Part shown: positions 11,218-23,331 of the stretch, one piece after another
How positions within the stretch are numbered: the first letter of the stretch is position 1
Layout: each line of letters opens with the position of its first letter
Assembly: GCA_037447605.1 (NCBI GenBank)
Contig: CM074810.1
Coordinates: 2,452,880 to 2,516,879, forward strand
Direction: 5' to 3'
DNA: 64,000 bases
Source: Zygnema circumcarinatum SAG 698-1b
Taxonomy: Eukaryota; Plantae; Zygnematophyceae
Notes under the pieces: model-generated
The model's input: only the letters and a program-made list of their open reading frames with translations
What the model was told of the DNA's origin: nothing
The model's database searches: none
Made by a program: the position numbers and the translations under genes

Positions 11218-12624
11218 AGGTTGTTGCAGGTGGTAGTGGTAGGGGAGGGGGAATGGTTGTTGGAGCTGCCAGGCGTAGGGATTTTGTTGTCCCCTTTTCC
11301 ACTGATTTATTGAATATTATGGGCCGGCAGCCCCTTGAGTCTGATATTTTCGTTCTGCATTGCCCGGAATATCTGAATGACTCTTTGTTCTCCCTCTCTA
11401 CCAGAATGACCTCTCTTGAGTTTTCTGTTGCGCAATGGGCTGAACCTGCTGACATCTGGATTCTGAACCCTACTGGCGCTACCGATCTGTTTGATAGTGT
11501 CATTGATGCCTTTCGACGGGGGCGCGCTACCATGCTGGTGTCGGCGGTGCACATCTTGCTTCCACAGCACGTCCCCATCACTTGTTTCGGCCACGCCCAT
11601 TGGAGAGTGGTACGGATTTGGCGTAAGGGTCACCCGTTGGTGTGCTGGGACGACTCAAGCCACGGCAACTCTTGCACGTCTCCGTTCCCGCTCATTTGGC
11701 GCACGGCGCGTCCCAATTCGTTGGTTGTCCTCAGATCCANNNNNNNNNNACCACAACAAGTTAGTGTGTGCCATACAATGTCTAACTATCATACACTAAC
11801 ACTAACATTTTTCTGGGCAGATTCGGTGCTTGGTCACAATGCTGACTCCTGGCATTGACTTGATCTTAGGCAGTCAGTGGTTGCAGTCAGTCCGGGCCAT
11901 GATGGATTTTTCAGTGCCAAATTGTGTGGTTCGCAGTGGTGCTCGGCGGGTCACCTTATTACCAGGTATGCCCACGGTTGTTCCCTCCCTCCATCCAGAT
12001 GCGGCGCACTTGTGCTCCGCCATGCAGGTGGCGAAAGCCGTCAAAACGGGTTGTGCACTTTTCTATGTGCACCTCGTCGATGAAATCGAGTCTGTCTATG
12101 ACGGCGACCAGGAGTGGTTACCCACTGCCTCAGAGTCGTTACCACCCGTACCACTGGCGATCCACTCGTTGCTTAACGAATTTCAGGACATTTTTCCAGA
12201 GGACCTCCCCTCAGGGCTGCCACCTGCGCGTGGCGTGGGGCATACTATTCCCCTTGAGCCTCAACAGAAACCACCTTGGCGACCAATCTATCGATTGAGC
12301 CCCAAGGAGACCGAAGAAATGCGAAAGCAGCTGGCTAATCTGCGCTCCAAAGGCTGGATTGAGCCCAGTCAGAGCCCTTTTGGAGCCCCTATCCTATTTG
12401 TGGGAAAGAAAGACGGGTCCTTGCGAATGTGCATTGAGTATCGGGCCCTTAACAAAATCACGATAAAAAACCGTTATGCTTTACCCAGAATAGATGATTT
12501 ATTAGACCGGTTGCATGGGGCGCGAATTTTCACTTCGCTCGATCTGGCCCAGGGCTACCATCAGATCCGGGTCACGGATGCTGACGTACCAAAGACTGCG
12601 CTTCGTACGCCTATTGGTCATTTC
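11193..12624 (+). pseudogene. pol: Ty3 Pol N-terminal part: Dam-like segment, protease, start of RT
   Basis: Protease [11 protein letters not shown]; [50 protein letters not shown]...[11 protein letters not shown], cut by the copia insertion at 12625. Confidence 0.88.
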
Positions 12625-12648
12625 TGTTAGTGTATGATAGTTAGCATG

Positions 12649-15600
12649 TGTAACAAACCCGACCTCAGCAGGGTTTGAACACAAGACCTCCCGGTACCCA
12701 CACCAGTGCTTTACCATTAAAAGGCAACCGCAGATGTAAATACTAGGCCATACAACACATGTATAGCGTTTCGCTACATTCCTCCCCACCTAAACCGGGC
12801 TTGTCCTCGAGCGCACTCAAGGGTTTTCACNNNNNNNNNNNNNNNNNNNNNNNNNNNNNNNNNNNNNNNNNNNNNNNNNNNNNNNNNNNNNNNNNNNNNN
12901 NNNNNNNNNNNNNNNNNNNNGAGAAGTGGAGAGGGCTCCAGTGCCATATCGAGATTGCCATGGTATGTGGAGGGGATGACCCTTCAAGCACACTCTTGGG
13001 ATTAGAGACTAGCTTTGGAGTTAGAGACTAATGAACTAGAATCTTCACATTGGTTGTGGGAGAGGCTAGGAGAGGTGCTGGGTGGCAAGGAGTGCCACAA
13101 ATGGAAAGAGTTCACTTCAAATGCGTTTGTAGTGAAGGAGGCCCAAGATCTAGGGTCTAGGAGAGAGAGCTGCCCAAGGAACCATTGCTTAAATCCTGAC
13201 TAGTCTGGTGGACAGAGCTAGTAGAATTGATAGTCACTAAGATGTTAGTGATGGACCACTAGAGGGAGTTTGGGGAATTCCCAAGGAGTAGTGGAGGAGA
13301 TCCAATTCGGAGGTAGGAGGTCGCAACTTCTATGAGGAGTCACTTCACGGAGGTAGATGTAGCAAAGGAGTAGAGTGGATAGAGTCAAAGGAATTGACAA
13401 CCATTGAGGAGGAACTTGGTGAGAGTAGGACGAGGAGGATTCACTCGAGTCGACGTGTGAACCCGGGGCTCGTGGAGATCACATTGCTAACGGACTTGCA
13501 GGGCTTATCTTGTGGAGGGATCATTTGGATCCAAGGAGACAGCGTGGTGGCTCAAGTGTGTCCAGACGTGGACTTGATCTTTGTTTGAAGAGTTTGCTGG
13601 GAGTGCACGCCTAGTTTACTCGGGAGCAAGGAATAGAGACCTTATTGAAGGAGGAGCCGAGTTGCTGATCTCAAGAGGAGTCAAGAGAAGCTGGTGGATC
13701 TCGAAGGAGAGGTGGTAGATGCGGTGTCGTGGAGACAAGGTCTCTTGATACTTTTAGGCCACAAAATTTTGTTTGAATTTTTCCTTAAAAAGGTGCATTT
13801 ATTTTGGAGGCAAGCAGGTGGAGTTAGATGCAGGTTGCTGTGAGTTACATCACATCTTGGATAGGAGACCCATAAAGTGATGGGATAGAGCGGGTAAGCG
13901 GCACTTTCTTCGAAAGGGGAAGGTCTGACAATGGACGGTTGCCGCATTAGCTTGTGGAGCTCGGCATCAAGAGACTCCGGACTTTAAGCTAGAAGAGCAG
14001 AAGTTATGCGAGGACGGGGATCTTGAGAGGTGCACAGGTCGAGTCTAGAGGAAGAGAGAGCGCCGACATGGGTGGCCGAGATGGCACTCATGAGGGATGG
14101 CCTTTCTTGAGCAAGAATACCCATAACCTTGCATACCTTGTGTGTGATAGAGTTTTGAGGGGGAGGTTTCGTTTCCCTCAAAGGAAGAAGATAGTAAGAC
14201 TCGGCGACTTGGTTGGAGGAGGATGCTACAAGGGTAGCCCAATTGGCCCAATCAAGCTTATCATTATAGCGGAGGGCATTTGAACGATGGACGGTGATCT
14301 TGACTAAAATGGCTTCTCTCAGGGTAGGAGCGTGAAAGAAGGTGCTATGATAGAAGCGGTGAAGCTGATCTTGAAGTGTTGAAGCGGCGAACTTGAAGGT
14401 TGATTAGAGGGCTGCAGTGATCATATGGAGATCAAGAGGCGGCAAGGGGCGAAGGCGTGGTGGTGGCAGCGGAATCAAGGGACAGCGGTGTAGGGAATGT
14501 CATCATGATGATGAGTGCGGTACACTTCCTTCGTGGTATTCCTTAGAAAGTCACTAAGCTAGAGTAAGGTGTTTTCAGATGCATATGAAAGGTGCAAGAA
14601 TTACACTCTTGGAGAAATTGACACGCAATGAAGAAAGAGTCAAGCAGGGTTTGTAGGACCCTGATAGGGGAAAGAAGGAACATCGGTTTGCGACTCATTG
14701 ATGGAGTATAGAGGTAGTGAAATTGAGACCCCAAAGGTGGAGTCTGAAGAGGGTGCGAGATGTCGAAGCTAGAGTTGTGCTTTGGAGGACCAGGCCTTGT
14801 ACAGGTAGGCTGTTTAGCTTAAGAGGGGGTAGGCAAGGTGTTCAGATTTGACCTTGGCAGATGGCGCTGAGGAGAGAATGTCCATGGGAGGACATGTGAG
14901 ATCATAGTGTGAGGTCCCAGGATCGTGAAGAGGAAGTTGTTGATGAAGGCGGCACTTCATTTGGGAGGAGGCCTACAACAAGTGGCAGAGTACCACGAGA
15001 AGGATTCTAGGGACAGATATGAACGACCTCATGTTTATGAGGGGGTGAGCGGCATATGGAGAAGTTGTCTTCATGGATATGTGAGTTGGGAGGAGAAGAT
15101 GGGACTTCTCAGGTTTACCTTGGAGGATGACCGTTGAAGAGTTCAGAGGTTGAAGGGTCCCACCACATTGTTGACAAGGTGTCAACTGCGCTCAAGGAGA
15201 TTATGATGTGCGAGGATTGCACATGCAGTGAACCATCTGTTGGAAGAGGTGGCCGGGGGAGAGTCTGATGGGCACATTTGCGTTAGCGGTGGGGAATCAA
15301 TTCAAAGAGGAATTGATGTCTGGCGGCAAGGTATACTGGTTAGTTGTTGTAGCTTAGGGTGCCATTGGTATAGCTTACAAGGAACTTACGTACCAAGGGG
15401 ATTGTTGATGTATAGAGTGCGTCAGGTGTTATACTCGCAGATATTGTCAGATCATGTGTTGATGTAGGGGCAATGTCATGCATGAATGGTCATGTTTGGT
15501 GTAGGACCAAACATGGGGGGTGCCCAAAGTGCTAGGGCATGGTACGGAAGGTCTAGGGAAGGTCTAGGGTCGTAGGTTTGCGGCTTAGGCTGAGACCGTA

Positions 15601-17038
15601 CCAAAGGGGGTGCGCTGGATGCGCATTAATTGGTCTGGAGCGCGACTGTACGGACGGCGCGCGACTGTACGGACGCCGCGGAAATGTTCGGACGCGGAGG
15701 TCTTTGGCGCGAAAGGCGGATCTGCACTAAGCGACATGATTGGTCGCGCCAGAGTGCAGATCGCGACGCAATCTTCAAGCGGGACATGACTCATGATTAG
15801 GTATGTACTTTCGAGGTACGGACATTGGTCGGTGCTGAGGCCCAGCGCGGCGGAGTCAGAAGTGACGTGGCGCGACGCGGCAGATTCGAAAGTGACAAGG
15901 CGCGCCCAGCGTCGGAATGTCGGCCTTGATGGGTCGAGGTGAGGGAGGCGGCTGCGTCCGGCAGTGTCTAAATGTGGAGGAGCGATGGCGAATCGGAAGG
16001 CGCCACGTGTCCAGGTCGGGGTAAGGCACAGTATAGGGCCTGGGTCGACCAGCGACCGTAGGCTACGGGGTCCCACATGTGCGGCTGAGTTGAGTGAGGG
16101 AGTCAGATCGTACGGTGGGGGACGAGGGGGATCCCGAGATGAGGCGGGGGTTTGGATCCGACGGGCTGAGGCTGGATCCGTGTGAGCCAAGGAGGATCCG
16201 ACGGAGCACGGTGAGATCAGGATAGGGCCGCTACTTGAGGCTGCGTGGGTGGCCGTGGCGTGATGGCGTCGCGTGACAAAGGCCGCCGTAGTAGTATATG
16301 AGGAAGCGAAGCTTGGCTTCCTCTTCGATATTTCGCTCGGAACGTTATCTTCTTTCGACTTCGTGTTAGGAAGAGTAAGCGGTGAAGGCGCAGGGAGTCC
16401 GGCGCGTGTAGGAGGTCGTGAAAAGAGCCCATCTACAAATGCGTGGTTAACTCACAGTGAAAGAGTTAGAGATGTGTGTCCTACTGGAGTGTTGAGGTAG
16501 AGGAGGATTGGCCAATATAGTCTTGGGCCCCTACTGCCCGGTTAGGTGTAAAGCACACTTTGTATCGATGGATAGGGTGAGTCTTCATGGAGAGGAGAAT
16601 GGGCATAAGGTTATATATGTAGATTTCTAGAGAGCTTGTATTACACTTTATGAATGTTAAGGAGTTTTAGGGCGGGAACTTTCTCGCCTCTCTTTGTGTC
16701 TGTCATGTGAGTCACTTGTGTTGGATTGGCATGATGAATAGGTGGAAGCTGACCCATTGTATGGTGATTGTGTCAGTGGAACCCAGGTGGAGGGGTGGAA
16801 ATTTGAAGGCCAGAGACAATGGAGGAGATGAAAGATGTTAGCACTTGTAGGTGGCGGCGTTTGTTTTCAGTATGCTTTGAGTGAGGGGAGGAAGAAGCAT
16901 CTTGTAAGCGGTCGCATTATGTAAGCACAAAGTAGATGTGAAGAAGTTTTGGAGTGTTGTTATTTCAGCGTGTTTTATCCTTCGGCTGGCTTCTCTGCCC
17001 CTACATGCAACAACAGCAATGTATAGCGTTTGGCTACT
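12649..17038 (-). mobile_element. Ty3-type element with the same ~130-bp tRNA-like LTRs, inserted in the copia 5' LTR
   Basis: Clean LTR 12649-12778 followed by PPT 12779-12791, like the TRIM. A garbled LTR at ~16920-17038 (TGTAAGCACAAA...ATGTATAGCGTTTGGCTAC) is followed by GCGTATTTTGTTGG, where the copia LTR resumes. A 90-N gap lies at 12831-12920. Confidence 0.6.
13100..15400 (-). pseudogene. pol: Highly degenerate Ty3 pol (RT-RNaseH-integrase order)
   Basis: Remnants read on the minus strand: VPIRLSP-AT-FQ (~MPFGL.NAPATFQ), MRSFI (~VRSFL), TSSVHQTSQ (~TAFHPQTDGQ), SWASFTTNAFEVNSFH (~W..L..AEFAYN..H). Confidence 0.55.
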
Positions 17039-18299
17039 GGCGTATTTTGTTGGAGCATTCGTTTTATTAATGTTTGTGTTGTGTGTTTCATACGGCGGTC
17101 TTGGCGCTAAGTTAGTAAGTGATGCGGACATTTGGCCCAGTGATGGAAGAAGCGCTGGCCTTGTGAGTCGAAGTGGCCCGGCTTGTGTCGAAATGGCATT
17201 AAGCCTTGAGCCAGCGGCAGCAGGCGGAGTGAAGATATGGTAGCGGCAGCGCGGAAATCTATATGCGGAATCCGGAAGCAGCCTTGGCCTTGGCGTCGGC
17301 ACTGGATTGAGCGATTGAGGGCTTTGTAGCGTCTGGCGTCCAGAAATGTCGTAGCGATTCATGCGTTATGCGGGCGTCCGGATGTCGGTGGCGTCGCGGC
17401 AGCGGAGTTTAGCCAGCGTCGTAATCACCCCAGGCCTTGATCGGATCTAACTGCCTTGAGCGTGGATTGGCAAGCCGTCGGATCGGCCGGAGGAAAGCGT
17501 CACGAGGATAAAAGTGTGGTAGAGCCGAGATCTCAGCGGCGCGGGGATGAGGATCCGGGATAGAACCCACTAGCGGGCCGGTAAATGTTATGAGCTTAGT
17601 TGTATGGTAGTGTCGCGGATGTTGTGTGACATAGTATATATAGTGTGTTGTTTTGTGTGGTTGTTATCTTTAACCCACGATTATCAAGCGTAGCTATTAT
17701 GAATTTCTGAGGCGTCTTGTTCTTGAGCATTCTGTTTGCTTGTCTTTTGCGAGGTAGTGGGCTTTTGAGTTTATTGGGCTATTTGAGGAGAATTACCGTT
17801 TGTATTGATAAGATTATTATTAAGGAGTTTTTAGAAACTTTCTCCTATCCTTCTACTGTTATTCACATTTACATGCGTATTCTGAGAGGTTATTTCTGTG
17901 AGTAAAATGGGCTATAGTGAATGTGAGAGTTTGGGAAAATGTAAATCATCGTTGGAGCAGCGAACTCGATGGTGTCTGAGAGTGGAGAAAGCCCGTAGCT
18001 GATGGAAGGAATCCCTCCGCTGACAAGAAGGTAATTATCCCGGAGGCACAAACATAGGAAGCTGGGAGGGACCCAGCGTCGGGGATTCAGCTTGTCTACG
18101 GTCCGATGGGGCCGAGGGGGATTGGCGTGGGGCCGGAGGTTGGTGCCTTTGCTTGTGGGCAAGGGTTTAGCTAGCAGATGCGTTGATGGCGGCATCAAAG
18201 CGGAGTTGTTCACAGGTTGGAGCTTTCAGTAGGAGCGTGATGCGGGCCCGCGGCGTGGCCTTCCTTAGCGATGGAAGGCAGGACAACAAAGCCACGTAG

Positions 18300-21200
18300 C
18301 GGTGTTATAGTAAGAGGAAGTCAAATCCTACATCTTTGTATGATCACGAAAACCTCTCATGCTATGTGGAAGTGTACAGGAGATGTATGATGTGAAAGAC
18401 AATGTGACTATAGTCAGTCTTTACACTCAGCTAGTCAAGATGAAGAGGACTTCAGAGGATAAACTAGAAGCTTATATGGTCAGATATGATGCATTGATGG
18501 AGAGTTTCATAGCCTTAGGGAAACCGTTAGATGCGAACCGTAAGATCAGCGGTTTACAGGGGTTTTGCTAGGGAGATTGAAGTTTGATGGCGGCCTTGAG
18601 GGGCGGTTGACCAACACCTCTATGGCGCTTGAACGGTTAGCGTAGGATAAGGAGGAGGATTGATTGAGGATATGCGGCCAAGAAGAGAAGGTGCCATTTG
18701 CCACGCTCGACCGAATCGAAGAGGCGAAGTCGGCCGAGGGGAGAGCGGCGTTTCGAATGTGACATGCTTCACATGGCGGGCAAGCCCGCTACTCCGGTGT
18801 TTGAGAACAAAGCGGTCGGAGAAAGGGAGGAAGCAGCGACTTTATCGGCAAGAAGGAGAAAGCGTTCGGCGGCACTTGTTTCAAATTAAGAAAGAGAATC
18901 CTGAAAGGGGATTGGGGCTGCAAGGTAGCGTGAGAGCAACCTCATGCTGGCAGAGAATACTGAGCACGATTTTGTGGGAAGGATTCAGGCAGAGGACCTG
19001 AAGCGGCCGTGGCTGATTGACTCCGGCGCTTCCACGCATATGTGCGGAGACACATCGATGTTCTCCAAGCTGAGCAACTTGGAGAAGGCTAAAACAGTTC
19101 ATTCGGCAACGGTGGAAAGGAGTCGTAGTGGCGAGTGGGCCCGTGAGGATAGTCACCGAGCGGCTCGGTCATCAATGAAGGCGATGTTAGGGGCGCACGG
19201 TGGTGATGTTCTTACGCTACGGCGCTCATCACGAATTTCATATGCGAGCCAAGTGTGCAAGAAAGGGATCTGATGTTACGTTTTGAGGAAGTCATCGCGT
19301 GGTATCCTTTCGGCTGGGAGACAGGCTGTTCGGGGTTATGAGAGGGAGAACGTATTATCTTGATTATAAGAGGGAGAATCATGAGGTGAATCTTTGATTT
19401 GAGAATCTTTTGGTAGATGTATGGCATAGTAGACTTAGTCACTTACACCTTGAGAGAGGCATGTTGTTATTTGAGAGAGGGAGGCTAGTCAAGTAGGCTG
19501 AACTAGGGTGTTGCCGTGGAGAAAAGGAGTTGGGGTTTGCGAGAATGTGTGGAGGGCAGGCCTGCAGGGGAGACCATTAGGTAGGTGAGGCAGGTCTGTC
19601 GGCCTTGAGAGGATTGGAACTGGTACATTGACTTGTGTGGCGATTACGCGGCGACGATGGCGGGCGAGGTATAGATCACCTTCCTTGGCGACATTCGAGG
19701 AAGATTTGGATTACACTCCTGAAGAACAAGTCAGAGGCTTTCGGAGCCTTTGAGACTGGCTGAACCAGGCGGAGACAGAGACGGGACTGAAGCTGAAGGC
19801 TTTCCGTTCGGACAATGGTGGCGAGTTCAAATCGAAGGAATTCGCGGCGTTTCTGAAGAACCGCGGTATAAGGCATGAATTCTCTGCCCCCTATTCCCCT
19901 CAGAGTAATGGAGCAGCTGAGCGAGTGACCAGGACATTGGGGGACATGGCTCGGACCATGTTGATTGATTCCCCTTTAAAATTTCCTTTTTGAGGAAGCG
20001 GTTTTCTGGTACGCTACGTTAGGAGCGGATGTCAGATCTTTTGTTCTGAAAGACCAGGTCCTGGCGGATGTGAGAGTGGGAGGAAGCGTTTCCCACTGAG
20101 GACCTTTGGCGGCGGGAAATCTTTGGGCTCTTGGCCCAAGGCGCGACGGAAGAAGAAATTCGACCCCAGAGGCGTGGGAGACTCGTGCCACCGGCTACAC
20201 TTCCCGGCCGGCCCGCTGCATACGAGGTTTGGGAACCCTGTTGAAGGGGTTCTCGGGCGAGAGCGTACGATTGATGAAGATAGTGGTTCGGCGTGTTGGA
20301 TCTCGGATCTTACCTCCGGAAGTAGAGGCCGACCTGAATCGTATGCGAGGAGGAGAAAGCGATTGGAGGGTAGTGCTGTGCGGCGGGGTGCGGCCGCGTG
20401 CGGCAAATGAAGGCCGGGAGGCGGCGGCGACAAAGTGGCGTGCGATGATGAGGAAGGCGCAGGTGGGCGCATCGCGAGGAGGGCCTTACCGATTGTGAGC
20501 GATTCCCCGCCCTTTTCCTCGGTGGTGAAGAGGAGCTTCGATTGACGGTCCGCTTCACAGCGCGATTGAAGAGATCTTGAAGGCGGCGGGAAGGCAATGT
20601 TAGCGGAGCATGCCCCGGGTTTGTTCGGACTCTACTTGCGAGGAAGGGCCAGTGCGAAGGCTTGATCGGGCGGCCGAGACGAGGCGACCAGATGTCGGTT
20701 TTCGCTGGTACTGTCGATCGAAGTACCATCAGATTCGGCTGACCTTGTGGGGTTGCCTTTGTTTCATGATTCACGAGAACGCGAGACGCTTTGAGGCGCC
20801 GCGGCGGAGTCGATGGCGATAAGTGGCGGGTTGCGATTGCTAGCGAATGGGACAGCCTGATCGAGAACGACACGTGGAGATTGGAGGAGCTGCCTCAAGG
20901 GAGGCGAGCTATCGGCTGCAAGTGGGTCTTCAAAGTCAAGAGGAAGGCAGACGGAAGCGTGGATAGGTACAAGGCGCGGTTAGTGGCGAAAGGATACGGC
21001 CAGCAGTATGGGATTGACTACATGGAGACGTTCGCTCCAGTGGTAAAGTTCAATTCCTTGAGAGCCTTGATTTCCATTGCAGCGGCTGAAGGAATGCACG
21101 TCCATCAATTGGACATCGAGCGGCATTTACGTATGGTGTCTACGCGGAAAGAGATTTACATGGAGGCGTGGGAGGGTCGTCCCAGAAGGAGCACCTGAAT

Positions 21201-22318
21201 GTCGGCTGGTGAGGCTATCGCGGCTTGAAGCGGCGGGGTGTGTGGTACGAAAAGGTGTGGCGATCTTTTGAGGAGGAATGAACTTCGGTTTGAGAGCCAG
21301 TCGATTCGATTATGCGGAGTCAAGGAGGCGACATCATGTTCGTTGGGATCTATGTCGACGATCACCGTCATGGTGAGCCTCTCCGCCCGGAAAGAATCCC
21401 AGGATCTTTGAAGGGTACTTGACAAATTTCAAAATGTCGGATCACGGGAGAGCGCGGTATCTGGCTGGGAATGTCACGGTGAAGAGGATGGAAAGCTTGT
21501 TTTACATGTCAAAGAGGTAATAGCAGATGTGCTTACCCGATTTCGAATGGAGGATGCTAGGCCGTGTTCCAGCCCCATGGAGATCGGCACTAGGCTTTCG
21601 AAGGAGATGTCACCTTCGTCGGATGCGGAGGCACAAAAGATGTTCGGAGTGCCATACAGATCCGCGATTGGGAGTCTAATGTACTTGATGTCCGGAGCGG
21701 CGTCCGGACTTGAAAGCGGCGGTGAGCTCGGCGGCCCGATTCATGAGGAGATAGGACCTCTCGAGCATTGGGAGGCGGTGAAGAGGATTTTTGAGGATAT
21801 GTGAGGGGCCTTCGATGCACGAATCCGAGTATGAGAGGGCTAACAGTGATTAATTTATCTGAGACTTCGAATTGGGGAGGAGATGTCGATACGTCACGCT
21901 CGACTTCGGGTTTCGTTTACCTGAATGGAGGAGGAGCGATTTCGTGGAGTTCCAAGTTGCAGGACTCGGTGGCGTTATCGAGCACGGAGGGCGAGTACAT
22001 GGGTGCTTGTCATGCTTCGAAGGAAGGAGTGTGGTTCATGCAATTCTTTGAAGAATGCAAGAGGGACCAGCAATGGAATTACCTTGTTCGCAAACGATCA
22101 ATGCGTCGATTGCCGCAGTGGGAAGCCACTGTGTTCCACAAAGAGGACCAAAGCACATGCAGTGCAGTACCAAATGCGTCGAGTTGGTCGAGGGCTTGAT
22201 TGAGGTGAAGTTCGTAGGCACCAAGGAGCAAGCCGCAGATATGCTAACAAAGGGAGTTAGCGGGGAAACACTATTAGTCAACGGGAGGTTGATTGGGCTG
22301 GGGCCCGTGCAAAACTAG
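18300..22318 (+). pseudogene. pol: Copia gag-pol (frameshifted; many indels probably sequencing noise)
   Basis: PR WLIDSGASTHMCGD; INT RSDNGGEF...PQSNGAAER; RT AIGCKWVFKVKRKADGSVDRYKARLVAKGYGQQYGIDYMETFAPVVK; RH SWSSKLQDSVALSSTEGEY, QAADMLTKG; PR-INT-RT-RH order. Confidence 0.9.
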
Positions 22319-23331
22319 AAGTTCCAAGAGGGGATTGTTAGTGTATGATAAATTTAAGCGTATTTTGTTGGAACATTAGTTTTGTGTGTTGTTTGTGTTG
22401 TGTGTTTCCTTGGCGGTGCGCTAAGTTAATGGCGGGAATGCGGACATTTGGTGGGTGGAAATTTGGCGGTAGCGGCGGTCGGAAGTGACGAGCGCGGCCC
22501 AGCGACGAATCCGGAAAATGACATTAGCGCGGGCGGGCGAGTGAAGATGTGGTAGCGGCGAATATACCTTGTATGAGCTCGGAAGTATTAGCTGGCGCGG
22601 TGTCAACAACTTTAGATTGAGCGGTCGGACTTGGCCGCGATCGCGGCGTCCGTCTCGGCGCCGCGATTCATCATTGTCGCGGAGCGGCGTCGGTCGCCGG
22701 TGGCACGTGCGGCGGCGGAGTTTTAATGGCGTCGCCGATGCTTAGGCGGGGTCGGTCTGGCGCCAAAGGCGTGGATTGGCAAGTAGAGTCGGATCGGCGG
22801 AGAAGCGTCACGGGATCCGTGTGAGCCGACGAGGATCCGACGGCGCAGGATGAGGATCGGGATAGGGCCCTTGCGGGCCGCTAGCCGATGTTGTGAGCTT
22901 CGTTGTATGGTAGTGTCACGGATGTTGTGACATAGTATATAGTGTGTTGTTTTGTTTGGTTGTTAATCTTTAGCTTACGATTATCAAGCGTAGCTGTATT
23001 GTAGACTCACGAGAAGCTGATGCCGTGTTCTTTTGACATTACACTTGCTTGTCTTTGCAGTCTTGGGCTTTTGAGTTTATTGGGCTATTTGAGAGGGGTC
23101 TCTCATTTTGTGTTGATAAGATTATTGACTAAGAGTTTTAGAAGCGAGAGCTTTCTCTATCCTTTTCTCTCTGTTATTCATTTGTGCATGATAAAGAGAG
23201 GTTCACTCACGTAGGTAAAATGGGCTATGAGTGAATGTGAGTTTGAAAAATGTCATCATGGAATTGGAGCGAACTCCGATGGAAGGTGTCGCAGTGGAGA
23301 AGCGGCGTGATGGAGAGTCCTCCGCCCAACA

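Noticed and set aside
15500-16840. GC-rich segment with ~70 bp of similarity to the copia LTR (16165-16240)
   Set aside because: No convincing TG/CA ends, TSD or PBS could be fixed; left unannotated within the 12649-17038 element.
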